Below are positions 49,861 to 62,974 of a stretch of DNA of 64,000 bases, in pieces; positions within the stretch are counted from its first letter, which is position 1; each line of letters starts with the position of its first letter. Both the position numbers and the translations under genes were made by a program. The notes below the pieces were generated by a model. It saw only the letters and a program-made list of their open reading frames with translations, searched no databases and had not been told where the DNA came from. Origin of the DNA: Callorhinchus milii. Taxonomy: Eukaryota. Where the stretch lies: assembly GCF_018977255.1 (NCBI RefSeq), contig NW_024704746.1, forward strand, positions 20,522,001 through 20,586,000. The letters are read 5' to 3'.

Positions 49861-51573
49861 GTAGTATGTAGTAAAACTACAAAAAAAGAAAATACAGATA
49901 GGGAGGGAGGCTTGAAGCATAGAGAAATGTTTTAAATTGCTCTGGTACCTACAGAGCACATTGAAATGTTGCAGCACATTTCTTGCCACTACAAGCGATG
50001 TGCTGAACTCACGAAGACCAGCCAGGGCAGCTGCAATTGGTTTTCGTGTTCCTGAATATAGAAAGATCAGCCGTGTGATCTTTGCTTGTGAATAATATTC
50101 AGTGCCCCTGCTGACATGCGTGGGTGTGAGAAAAGCAAAGAGCCCAAGTATAATGGCCCTCATGGTTTGATGGTCTATTAACATGCATTGTCATGGCTCG
50201 TATGTGAAGAATGGCCCTTTGAGCAAGATATCCTAGCATCTGGAATTGTGCTCCAGAATCAAATGGTGCCTTCAGGAGAATGAGTGAGTGGGAGGGAGAG
50301 GAGACTGTTTGTGCTCTCAAGGTTCACACTGGGATGTTTGATTGATGGTGCTCTTCTCACCACGGTACCCTAAAGGATTGGAAAGCAAGTTTGACTATTT
50401 TTATGTTTACAGAACCTTATTGTTTCATTTAGAAGTCAATTGAGACATTATGTTTGCTGAGAGAATTTTTTGCAAATTGAATTCTAAGTATCATTTTAAC
50501 TAACTGCTGCAGGTCACCTCCTCTTCAGGAGTTGGGGAACAGGTTTTGTGTACGTATTCAGAGCAAGCCTCTATCTAAATATTTTTTGTGTTTGTGTGGT
50601 GTAGAATGAGGAGGATGTTATTACAATAAGCAATTCCTTTTCACCTGAAGGAGCATCTTTCAGACAGTTTTTTATATCTGTAGTTGTTAAATTGCTAACC
50701 ATCTTGTGACCAACATTACATTGGTCATTGTGTAGGACTTGCATTCCATATTTATTTGATTTAAATGTCTGTGTATAATGTATAAACCCTTACTGTCCAG
50801 CGCCTTGGGACGTCCTCCTGACCTCCTCAAATGTAATTTTGTTGTTGTCGTTGTTATAAGATGTATGTGCAAAGATTGGATTGGGTTTTTTCGGTACGCA
50901 GAAAGGTTTCCTTGGAGAAATTGTAGATCTTACAATGAATACCTATATCTATATCGTAACAATTCATTGTATTCTCCACGTGTCTCTGAGATAAGACTTG
51001 TACTTTTGGGGCTTTACAGAAAGGCAATTTGATACAGGATGTAGATGTGCAGCTGCAATAGCTGATGTGTTCCTGGCATAGTATGGGCAATTGAACCCAA
51101 GTAATTTTTCTGGCATTGTACCAGTCACATTTATTTAAGAGAACTAATCAGTCCAGTTAGTTCTTCATACTGTTGACAAGGAATAGAACAAAGATCCAGT
51201 GGTCTGTTATTCTCTGCAAGCTTCTCTAACAGATTCAATATTTCATTACAACAACAACATTGCATTTGTATAGCGTCTTTCACGTTGGGAGGACATCCCA
51301 AGGCGCTGAACAGACATAAATTAGTTACTAATTTCGATTTTATAGAATTGCTGACGGTTACAGGTAGACAGAGATTTCTTGAGAGATCCCACATTTGGGA
51401 CTACATTAACATAGAGTGCTTTTTTCTCTGGTATCTGGATCAAAATTAATCCCAGATTAATGAGATGAAAATCTCTTCTAACTCGTAAGGTTCTCAGCCC
51501 GTCTTATAAATGGGACTTGGAGGAAGTTGCACGCAATGTGTTGGGAGTCTGAACGGTGAGGAACCTTCTAATG

Positions 51574-51819
51574 CAGGGATCTCCAACCGGTTGATCATCA
51601 CTAGGGGGCTCTCTCGCGCATGATCAAAATGACAAGAAGTGATAGAACTGCATTGTTATTGAGTCAAATTGAAAATGAAGCCAGATGTATGAAGTATTTC
51701 ATGCATCTCGAAATAAAATATAAACTTCAATGTTTAAAATGCGGTTAATATCGCCGCTTGTGTATATTGAACATGTGTGAGATGCCATCTAATGGCGATC
51801 AACCAGTTGGAGACCCCTG
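51574..51819. mobile_element. Non-autonomous hAT (Charlie-like) MITE, 246 bp
   Basis: Perfect 8-bp TSD TTCTAATG (51566-51573 and 51820-51827). TIRs CAGGGATCTCCAACCGGTTGATC and CAGGGGTCTCCAACTGGTTGATC match at 21/23 and extend imperfectly to about 54 bp. Confidence 0.9.
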
Positions 51820-53215
51820 TTCTAATGCATCAAGACGTACAATAATTGTGATATTACCAAAGAAAGGAGATGCAATTAATTGAGGTGAGGTATGTTGATC
51901 GTTCTTTTCGTTCAAGGAATGCCATTTATCTTTTTACATCTCATGGCATTAAGTCAATAATGGATCCTATTCTGAGCAAAAATGAAGGTATTTCAACATT
52001 AGAGACATTACAGTGACCTAATCTTTACTCATTGTAGGATAATTACAGCTCCTTAAATTTCAGGTGAAACAACGTCTGCAATTAGTGGATTTTGGAAAAG
52101 CTTCAGAAATGTTAATTGGATCTCTTTCTTTGTCTCTGTTGCTCGGATAACATATGGAGTTTTGTCATTCTATCGAAGGTAATAAATATTAAGAATCTCT
52201 ACAAAGCTACCAAGTCCCAAGACTGAAGCTAGAATCTTGGAATGGTTGAAATAACAGTGGTTAGACAATCTTGCATTTGATCACTGAATCTCTTTGTCAT
52301 GATAAACTACAGTATTAATTTTAAGAAAGTTGGTACATTTTTCATAAAATAGAGCTCAAATGGGTGAATACCCAAATTTTTTGGAGATTTGGACTTTGCT
52401 GCTTATGTCGTCTTATTGTCAGAAATTGCTGAAGGCTTGGAAGACAGATGATATGATTTAAGAACACCGCTGTGAATTAATACCATGAAGACCAAGGTTT
52501 CTGAAGATGTTCTGCTGAGGTGGAGCTGTCAATCTTCAAGCAAATACCTGGGAAATGCAATAAACATTGATGGAATGAAAATCCCAAAGGGAATGAATGC
52601 AGGAATTGGCAAGACTGCTATTACTCTTTGGTTGTTTTCTTAAAATCTGAAACTTATGGAACATTAGTACCAACATTACTCTGATGATTTGGTTTATATT
52701 TGGCGTTACTTGATCTCTGCAGTAGTGGGGCCAGGAAACTAGATGAAAGAATGATAGTTAGTTTCAACACATGTGTTTAAGAACAAGACAGAAGTAATCC
52801 ACAATACGTAGAGTTGTCCACTCAGTAATATCAGAAAAGAACTTGGATAGTTGTAACACCACTAGGACATCACTAACAAGAATTTCATAGCTTGAGTCTT
52901 TGGTTTGAATCCATCTCAGACTGACTGGATGAATTTATATTGCAATTTCAAATCTGTATCACGTAACTAAGTAAATAATAGCATGAAATTGCTGCTTGGA
53001 TATAATAATGTTAATACTCTGTGTCCATACTGCATCTGAGAATTGTATGCTGATATTTCCCAAAGTGGGGGAAAAATTCCTTTCAATAAAATTAATGCCT
53101 TTCACCTTGATAGATGCAGAAATCCATCCCCCACCCACCACTCATAAGCTCCAGTTTGTTTAGGTCCTGTTACCTTTTGGCCATTCACTCTTTGACTATT
53201 TGAAAGACAATGTCA

Positions 53216-53533
53216 GGAGTCCTGTAGCTCAGTGGTTAGAGCACTCGCTTTGCAAGTGAGAGACCTGAGTTCAATTCCAGGCAGAGGGCAAAACCTTGGG
53301 CAAGTTTCCTTACTCCACACAGAGCCTAATAATAATCCCTCCAAAACAAAACAATAATAAATTGGTCATTTTCAATCCATGACTGTTTGTGGGACATTGC
53401 TGTGCGCAATTGGCTGCCGCGTTCGCCCACAAATATACAGTCAATTCACTTTACAGTATATACTGTGAAGCGCTTTGGGACGTCTAGAAGATATGAAAAG
53501 CGCTATATCAAATGCAAGGATTATTATTATTAT
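53216..53533 (+). mobile_element. Young tRNA-Ala-derived SINE, full length
   Basis: Complete head, core and (tta)n tail. Confidence 0.92.
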
Positions 53534-53752
53534 AGCAGTTACTAGACTGGGATCTGGAGAACTGTAGAAATGGGAAGAGAAAGAAAATGAAGAAACTAGA
53601 AGCGTTAATGGATACCACCAAGAATGATATTAGAGATGTAGCAAAGAAGGAGACATATATACCTGACAGAGGCGAATTGTGTATTGCTTTGTTGCTTGGA
53701 ATGAGCAAACTTGAACCAGGGATATTTTTCTTCCTGGGGTACGATGGAATTA

Positions 53753-54459
53753 CGCAACCTAGGTGTCAGGTTTGATCCCCAATTATTCTTCTTCGCCCAC
53801 ATCCAGTCCCTCACCAGCACCTTTTCTTCCACCTCCGACGCATCACCTGTCTCCGCCAATACCTCACTCCAAAAGCCGCTGAAACCCTGGTTCATGCCTT
53901 TGTCACCTCTCGGCTGGACTATTCAAATGCCCTCCTCGCCGGTCTCCCCTCCATTAGCATTTATAAAATCCAAGTCATACAAAACTCTGCCGCCCGCATT
54001 CTTACCCAGACCAAACTCCGCTCCTCGATTACCCCAGTCCTTGTCAGACTGCACTAGCTGCCTATTCCAGAGAGGATCAATTTCAAGATCCTCACCCTTG
54101 TCTTCAAATCCCTCCACTCCTCTGCACCCCTTGACCTCTCTGACCTCCTCTCCCCTCACAACAGTGCCTGTTTCCTTCGCCCCACCGGGTCTGGCCTCTT
54201 CCTTGTCCCCAAATCCTCCGCTCCACCATCGGCGGCCGTGCCTTCAGCCACTACGCTCTGAGGCTCTGGAACTCCCTTCCTCAATTCCTTCGCCTCGCCC
54301 CCTCTCTTCCCACTTTCAGGTCTCGGCTGAAGACCTTTCTTTTCGACCGCACCTTTGGTCACCTTCCTCCCCCTGGCTCGGCCCCAGGATCCGTTACTGT
54401 GAAGCGCTCTGAAACGCCTTCCGGCGTGGAGGGCGCTATATAAATCCAAGTTGTTGTTG
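53753..54459 (+). mobile_element. L2 LINE 3' about 700 bp (ORF2 C-terminus, 3'UTR and tail)
   Basis: RNLGVRFDP...AAETLVHAFVTSRLDYSNALLAGLP...KIQVIQNSAARIL..., with stop and frameshift; tail gggcgctatataaatccaa(gtt)n. Confidence 0.9.
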
Positions 54460-54687
54460 GAATTAACTAATTCATTCTCTACTCCAATTGTTTTAAATGT
54501 TGGTATTAGTGAATATAGGAGTTGGGCCATACTATACAACTCATTGAGCTTTAGCTTATCAATAAATAAATAATAAATATTCATTTTAATATTTACAGCT
54601 TTAGCAGCTATTTAAATTGTTTTTCTTGTTTTTCTCCCTCTTTTTCGCCCCACAGCTTTATCTTCAGTTTCCATTGTCAGTAGAGTA

Positions 54688-54998
54688 GGAGTCCTGTAGC
54701 TTAGTGGTTAGAGCACTTGCCTCACAAGCAAGAGACCTGGGTTTGATTACCAGCAGGGCGAAACCTTGGGCAAGTTTCTGTACTCCACACGGTGAAAGTA
54801 ATCCCTCAAGCAAAAAACAATGATAAATTATTCACTTCAATCCACAACAGTTTATGGGACACTGCTGTGCGCAATTGGCTGCCGTATTTCGCCCACAAAT
54901 AATACAGTCAATTCAATTTACAGTATATTCTGTGAAGTGCTTTGAGACGTCTAGAAGATGTGAAAAGCGCTATATCAAATGCAAGGATTATTATATTA
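54688..54998 (+). mobile_element. Young tRNA-derived SINE, full length
   Basis: ggagtcctgtagcttagtggttagagc...gcaaggattatta. Confidence 0.9.
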
Positions 54999-55821
54999 TC
55001 ATAGCAAATCAGTCATTATTGAAGCTGAGATACGCAGACCGAATCACTTGTCAGTCAGGGCTAAAGGTTATAAACCTGCATCTTAATGGCTACTGTACTG
55101 GCAGGCTGGGAGTCCTGTGTGTGTATATACAAAGAGAAAAATAAACCTCTCTCAGCTTTAAAGATTCTATTGATGGAAATAATGATGGGGGCATGTCCTC
55201 TTATCCATAAGCAGTAACAAAAGGTTTGTTAAAACTCACAACTGTGTCATTCTATTCTGTCTGCTTGCAGAGTGCATGTTTCATGTGACCATGTCTATAT
55301 TTGAAATGAATCATTCCTCAGAAGATGTACCCAGACAGCTTTATACTATCGAGAACAGCTTTCAAACCGATTGGGTTTTAAAGTGTCTTTTAGATGGAGC
55401 TCCTGCTCGACTTCCTTGTATGCTAAGTGCTATGAGCTGATTCTTCTCAATTCTAAAATGACTGAATCGTTAAAGCTGTTTCTGCCACACTCTGGATGCT
55501 AATGTCTTGTCAGAGACTGAACATTATGAAAATTGACAAAAAAAATTATGAAATTTTCTTTTCACTTTGACCTAGTGCTGACTAACGTAGTATGTCTCTC
55601 CTCGGTCAGCGGCCAAACCAACATCTCATGTCTGGGGGGGGCAGGGAAGAGGAGACCAGGGCGAGCAGGTGGATGTTTAAAAGGTCACTTTGGAAAGACG
55701 TTGCCTTGAATCAGCCATTCAGCCCCTCAAGCCTGTTCTACCATTCTATTGGATTATGGCTGACCTGTACTTCAATCCATTTACCCACCTTTGTTTCATA
55801 TCCCTTGGTTCACTCAATCCA

Positions 55822-55953
55822 CTCGCAATTGGCTCTTGCGGTTCTCCCCAAAAATATACAGTCAATTCACTTTACAGTATATTCTGTGAAGGGCTTTGAG
55901 ATGTCTCAAAGATGTGATAAACCGCTATTTCAAATGCAATGATTATTATTATT
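55822..55953 (+). mobile_element. SINE 3' fragment abutting an inverted CR1 3' end (about 55710-55810)
   Basis: cgcaattggct...aaatatacagtcaattcactttacag...(tta)n. The upstream gccattcagcccctcaagcctgttctaccattc is typical CR1 3'-UTR reverse complement. Confidence 0.8.
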
Positions 55954-58900
55954 AAAGATATCATTAATAATATACTAAAAGTTTCCAATCATTGCAGATT
56001 GGATGATTTCATTGTGTCCTTTACAGAATGACAACATGGTTCAGAACATGTGTGGAACAAAAAAATCTGGAGGCTCTGGAATTTGTAAATGCAAAAGCTC
56101 TCCGAGCGTTATTCATAGTGCAGCTGGCGCCATAAAATAAAAGCAGGATTAAAATGAGATTTTTGTGCTGCACAGTACAATGTGGAGTTCAGTGGATCAT
56201 TTGTAATTTAACAACTGAAAGAAATTATGAAGTCTTGCCTCATTTGTGCCAGCAACCCAATATTCTGTGAAGCACAAAGTCTTGTTGATTCATTGCTTTA
56301 TGGAAGCATCAGATGATTTTAAAAGGAAGACAAATTCTATACATACAACTTGAAAAAAGCTGGATGGGTTGCAAAGAGATTACTGGCAGTAATTCAGTCT
56401 GTGGTTTGGTTGCCAAACAAACTGCTCAAACTTCGTTCTCACAGTTTATGATGCCATTTGAATCTTCAAATTACGTTGCAGCCTTGTAACTGATTCTTGC
56501 CGATCTAGCATCTTCAACATGTTTGGTTTCCATTGCCTGAGTCATATTTTCTGATGTAACTTGAAGCTTCTATGATAAAAGATTTAGGTATTATGATCAG
56601 GTAAAAGACGTGGGCAACATGTCTAAACTAGCTTACATTGGTTTGCGTGATGACCAGGTGATGAGAACCTCTTTAATTGTTTATACACTGGTTTGTGAAA
56701 TTTAGACATTCCTGTTGCGTTGTTTTGTGCTGCTAGGCCAGCGCAGAGGTGTTATTTATCAAAAATCCATTATTAGTCAGTGTTTTTTATTTTCCCCATA
56801 TGCCTGTATTTGATGTAGGTGAGCAGCTAGATGAATCCATTAAGATTTCAATACTATTTAATCTTTAACTTGTTCAGATTGGCCCAATAGTGTATCCAGA
56901 TGGTTCGCATTGCTAACTGGTTTTATCTGTCAAATAAGTGAAGTTGATTTCTCTAAAATTAGTTCTGTTGAACATCCAACTGAAATTTTATCATCAACCC
57001 ATCCCCATTTCCTTTCGGTGGACATCTATTAATATTTTATTGGTTTGCTCATCCTCAAGTTCTGTCTGTCGTCAACTACATCCCAGCCTGTGTAAATAGT
57101 ATTCTCGAGTACTTTTGAGCCATTATTTTCTATAGAAAGGTAAATTTAACAAGAAAACTAGTTTGAGTGAAATGTTGCTTTCATCAAAGAATGACCTTGA
57201 ACAAAATAAATAACTGGTGTGAGCTACATTCTAAAGGCTGAACAAGTTTTGCAAGTCTTGTTTTGTTCTTCTCAAGGTGAACATGAAATGCTGGCCTGTC
57301 TGACATTTCTACATGACAATGAAGTGTGGTTAATTACATAGGCTTTTTTTAATGTTTTAAGTTCAACTGGAAAATCAGACACTAGCTTAATTGATTGATT
57401 TGCAGCTATGTTAGACTGGGCAAACCTATGTTGATCAACTCAACTGATCAATTCATCCTATAGAAAGCAGTGCAAAGAGAAGACTTAACATTTATGTCTG
57501 TGGTAAATTTCATTGCTAATTGACAACCATATCCAGTTGCCGCTAGAGGGAATCTATAGCACATCCGAAGACAGATGCAACTGGAAGCATAGCATGGCTG
57601 GCCTGCTGCATTGCAGCAGACATATACACTGAAGTGTGCTTTTCGTGGGCTTGCTGAAATGTAAAAATCTGACAAGCATATCATTTTAAAAAAAGCAACA
57701 CGTTACATACTTAAAATCTCTAGGGCAAAGTATTCATACTTTCCTTGAATATTTGGTGCTGCATGAAGTCCAAAATTAAACTTACCTTAGTACTTCATTT
57801 TTATATTCTCCCAAACAGCTATTACATTCAACAAAATTAATGAGTTCTTCAGTTTTCCCATACTTATTTTTGGGATACCTCAGTTAGGGTAACAAATATG
57901 TACTGCTTGCTATAAGAGCAGCATTGTTGTTTACTTTAATGCTGAGTTTAAGGGTCGTAAATTGTCCATTATTCCTGAATCATTTTAGGGAAGCACTGTG
58001 ATAGCTGCATTCTTCCTACTCTATGGGGTGGCTTTTGCAAAAAAAAAAGGTAATCATATGGCTACATTTCATTTCTTAAGCAAATGCTGCCTGCTTGAAA
58101 AGATTCTATAATTTGATTTGAATAGACCTATCACTGAAGTACCTTGTTAAGATTCCTTAGTGTAAAATAGGACCAACACTTACTATTAATACCATTGGGT
58201 ATTGCATTTTTTTATATGCTACAATTCATTTTCTTCACTTTGACTATTCCGCTACCTATAAACTCTCCTACTGTAAACAAGTTAAACTTCTTACGATTCA
58301 CAAAATTATTTTTGGTTTTGTTGCATGGCATTTCTCCAGTGGAGGCGATGGTTGATATCGCCTATTATTCAGCAACTGTGTGAAGGTGTGCAGATTCTGT
58401 CATAGCCGAGTCTTTCATCAGCTTTGCAAAACTGAGCCCTGCCCCTAGCCCTTCACTGATCACAAGCACAGCAGTGCTGCTGTGCGCTCCAATCTGCAGT
58501 AATTAGAAGAGAAAGATCATTGGCACGGTTGTATTTCCTTTCATTCACTAGTCAATCAGCTTCCCAATCAGAACCCATCATACTCTGCACTAGAAACTGA
58601 GAGAGGAGTGTGCGTTCTGCTGCCAGCTCAAACCTCTCACAGCTGCTCTCAAACACACCACTGATCTGATTGGCAATTTACAGTATGCAGCAGCATGTCT
58701 GCCCCATTTCTAGGAAAAAACATGCATTTAGTACTGTATTCATTTTTATTCTCTGTGGGCTGTAGCATTTGATGCTAACCTTTTGAGGCCTGATGTACCA
58801 GACCTTTACTGGTATATTCAAATCTGTTTGTAAATAGTTTGATTGAATTAGTTCTTACGCATGACTGGACAAAAAGGCCGAATAGCCACCTACTATTCTA

Positions 58901-61499
58901 CATTTCTGTGGTTCTATATTTCTGGCTCATTTCACATAAAGTTGCACTTAAAACGAGAACCTGAATTCTTCCTCCTAAACCCTGCATTCACTTCAGCAGT
59001 TCAGTTGTCTCCACAACACTTAGTTTTCCATTTTCTTTGTGAATTTATTTTGTTAATCCTCTTAGCACCTTGAATGCAGAAAGGACAACTCATTGAAGTT
59101 TAATTGCCATGAGTGGAACTAAACTATTCTATTGCAAGTTACGTTTTAACTCTGTATGCTTGGTGTCCTGAAATGCGCTTCTGGTTTGCTAAACTGATGA
59201 AGGTGAGTGAAACAGTCTTATACTCTTTTTATTTTTTTTGCCTTTTTTTTCTTCCTTCTTTGGTTAGAAAAGGTTTCTTAGCTATCATGCTAATTACTGA
59301 GCCTGATTCTGAGTAATCATATGGATCTAATCTTTTTTCACGTATCTTGCAAGTGCTTAGTGATATATCGGCATACCCTAGTAAGACATCTACTGCCTCT
59401 TTTACTTTCAAATCTGCTAAACTAGTCTGTTTATTAGGTTGAGTGACGTATTCACCTATTCACCATATCAAATCCCTTTGAGCTACTGTCTAGTTAGGGA
59501 GTGGATTGAAATTACATTTTTCATCTGCTGATGGGAGTTATTCAATATTGCTTTAGTGGACAGATGCTAAAGGTACAGGTGCAGGAGTAAATATGTGCAT
59601 ACATCATGGGATCTGAAGAGGAGAAAGATTTAGCCAACTCATCTGTCCACAAAACTAATATGAATTTTTTCACCTACAATTCCCCAAACAGTTTTCCTGA
59701 TGTTAAAATAATCCAAGCTGTAGAGGCACTGCACGTGTCCTGGACCAATTCCAGCTCAATGTTGGTAAGAAGTGCTTTACAGTCAATCAGTCTAGTTTAA
59801 AGTTTTGCTACATACTTTCAGGGTACTCTTAATTACTTTCAACCTAGTACACCAAAAATTCACCATTTACACTGGAACACAGACTACCTGGTAGAGTGTT
59901 CAATATAATTTTATTTCTCTTTGTGTGAGCGTGTTAGGGGCGGGGAGACTCCTCTAAGAAAACTTCGTAAGAAAGCCTTAGGTATAGTTGACTCCCAATT
60001 AAAGATATGGAATTAGAATTTCATCTAATTTTGATTTTTCTTATCTAAATTGGATTAAGGTCTGCCAACTCTTACAGATTGTGGAGAGAGAAGGAAAAGG
60101 GAGAAGAGAACCAAATTTAGTTTGCCGAATTGTGTTACATGTTGCTTATAATACCGAAGCTGTGAAATCCCATTCTTCAAACTGAGGGAATAATTGGCAA
60201 GAAATATAGATTTGGGAGAAAATTTGAAATAAAATGGACAGGGCATGAGATTTTATATTGAATAAGTTTCAAGATGATATGGGTTTAAGATTTTGTTTGC
60301 TCTTTCTGCAAGTGCACAATGACAAATTGAAACTGGAGTACAAATAACGAAACCATTTCAAATGGAAACTGATTCTCTTGGGGAAGAGGGACCCAAGTGG
60401 AAATATTTTTTATAAATATACCAGCCTGGTGACCACATTGAATAAGTTAAGTGTTAATGTTGTTTGAGGGTGGCTGCTATTTTTATGCAACCAATTACAG
60501 TCCTATTCACTGCTTGATTTTTATGTGAGTTAATTCTGGATCAGAACCTTTGAAAGAATCATTATTTTCAAGGTTCAGAAGTTTCTCTGTTTTTTTGTAA
60601 ACGCTGCTGTTGTAAGAAAAGGACAACAGAAAACTGCAGGTTTCTGATTTAATTTACTTGCTGTTTTTGGCACTCCTTTTTCAGTGGTGCACATTATTCC
60701 CTTATCAAAAAGTTTGGCAAATAATCTGCTGTTAGCCATTGATGAAGCATTCAACCCAAGTATTTTGTGTGTAACCTATTTGTATTTCCAATTACAGCAG
60801 AAATGCACATTCTTTCCAAAGAATGAAAAATTAAAATAATTATTGTTTGAGAAAGTGTCTGAGAGAACATGGGGAGGAGTTGGCAGAGAACATTGTGTGT
60901 TATAGGCTGTTATTTGAAAGGATCCTCTGGCCTCTGAATTTTAAGTCATCACTCCTTATCATACAAACTGTTTCAATTACAGTAGTGTGTGATAACCTAC
61001 TGAAGTCCATAAATCATCATGTCGGGATTTCCGGAACAGAAATATAGTGAGTCTGCATCTCCTGAAAGTTCTAAGGAGGGGGTGGGGAAAGAGGTGAAGG
61101 GAAGATTTTTAAAGAAACTCCATTTTGCAATCGTCTTTCCAAGCGAGCTATTACTTTACTAGTGGAAACTTAATACTATCAACTATGGATTAAAAAATTG
61201 AAGTTCAAACAATGTTAGTGACAGATACGAGCCAATAACTGAAAACTATTCCTATATTCTTGTGTAGATTGTTCAGTAGCAAAGTGTAGACATTTTCCAT
61301 TCAGTGCTTTGCATTGCTTGTAGCTGCTAAAATTTCAAGCACAGAATTAGGACTTTCAGGTCCATTTATTTCTTTGTAACATCGCTCTTACACATTTCAA
61401 AAATTCAATTGAAAATGTTAAATTCCCATAATAATCTTTTGTTTGTGATATCTAATTCGAACTTTTCCCACAAATTAAGTGGCTATACAGGGTGAATCG

Positions 61500-61768
61500 A
61501 CAACAACAAGATTACATTTGTATAGCGCCTTTCACGTAGGGAGGACGTCCCAAGGCGCTGGACAGTGTACAGCATTTCAGACCCGAGCTGGGGTCGGGGG
61601 GGAGAAGGGAGGGGAGGGGAAGGGGGGTGGCCGATGGCATGGTCGAAGAGGAGGGTCTTGATGTGGGACTTGATGGAGGCTAAGGAGGGGGCGAGGCGAA
61701 GTGATTGGGGGATGGAATTCCAGAGGTTGGGGGCAGAGTGGCTGATGACTCCCCCTCCCGCCAATGGT
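61500..61768 (-). mobile_element. L2 3' end
   Basis: (caa)n tail and stem-loop; minus-strand translation ...SHSAPNLWNSIPQSLRLAPSLASIKSHIKTLLF, typical of the L2 ORF2 end. Confidence 0.85.
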
Positions 61769-62663
61769 GAAAAGTCAAAAGTCTTACTCATAGTTCTATA
61801 TGAGTTGTTCAAACTGAATGCCATGTAGATGTTTATACATATCAAGTCAATGACAAAAACTTTCATGAATGCAATGAAAGACATCTGTAATAACTGCACA
61901 CTCTCTACAAATATCATCTATATAAAAAAATTAATAATTTAAACTGAGTAAGGACTTCAGTTTCACTCTGTATATGTTAAAAATGGTAGAGAGTGGGATC
62001 ACCCTTATTGTGTATAACTTCTCAATTCTTAACCCTTCAGTGACCCATAGGAAACTGAGATTTTTATTTTGAGATCACAGTTTGTAAGCAGTGATGCTGC
62101 AACACATCCTTAGATAGAGGTATTAAGTGATGTAGGATTAAAAGATTTGGCATGACCTAATCAACTGGTGGAACAGGCTTGATGGGTTGAATTATCTTTT
62201 CCTTTTAGTGTTTACGCACAAAAAATGCTGTTAGTAGCAACCTAACAGGGGCCTAACCTAATATTTTTATGTGTTTTGTTATAACATGCCTGTGAAATGT
62301 TGGACCCAAGCATAATTTTTATCTAATTGAAACTAGATCATATACAAGAGAGAAGAACCTGCATTAATAATGATATCCATGTTTGAATGGCAATTTGAAA
62401 ACCTCAGCCAGGTCAGCATGATCAGTGACCCCTTCTAAGGTTGTCATACTTTATAAAAGTGCCTGGAAGTTCACTTTGTTCCCCTGGTCGTCCCTATGTG
62501 ATGTTTGAAAAAAAACATAAAAATGATTATTCTTCAAAAATGTTTTTTTTAAAGCTATCTTTCTTATAGCTAGGACTATATTTAAGCTTTCTGAAGCACT
62601 ACCCTACGTGGAGGTTGCTATACAAGTATAAGTTGTTATTCCTTTCCTACCATTCAGCATAGT

Positions 62664-62974
62664 TAATAATAATAATCCTTGCATTTGACTTCGCGCTTTT
62701 CACATCTTCTGGACCTCTCAAAGCGCTTCACAGAATATGCTGTAAAGTGAATTGACCGTATATTTGTGGGCGAAATGAGTCGGCCAGTTGTGCACAGGAG
62801 TGTCCCACAAACAGTCGTGGATTGAAAATGACCAATTTATTATTGTTTTGTTTTTGAGGGGACTATTATCAGGCGTGTGGAGTAAGGAAACTTGTCCAAG
62901 GTTTCGCCCTGTTTGGAATTGAACCCAGATGTCTCGCTTGCAAGCCGAGCGCTCTAATCACTGAGCTACAGGAC
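62664..62974 (-). mobile_element. Young tRNA-Ala-derived SINE, near full length
   Basis: Reverse complement gtcctgtagctcagtgattagagcgctcggcttgcaagcgagac...(tta)n. Confidence 0.9.

Noticed and set aside
53711-54412. 233-aa ORF, the longest in the track
   Set aside because: Mostly an off-frame reading of a GC-rich L2 fragment; the true ORF2 frame is broken.
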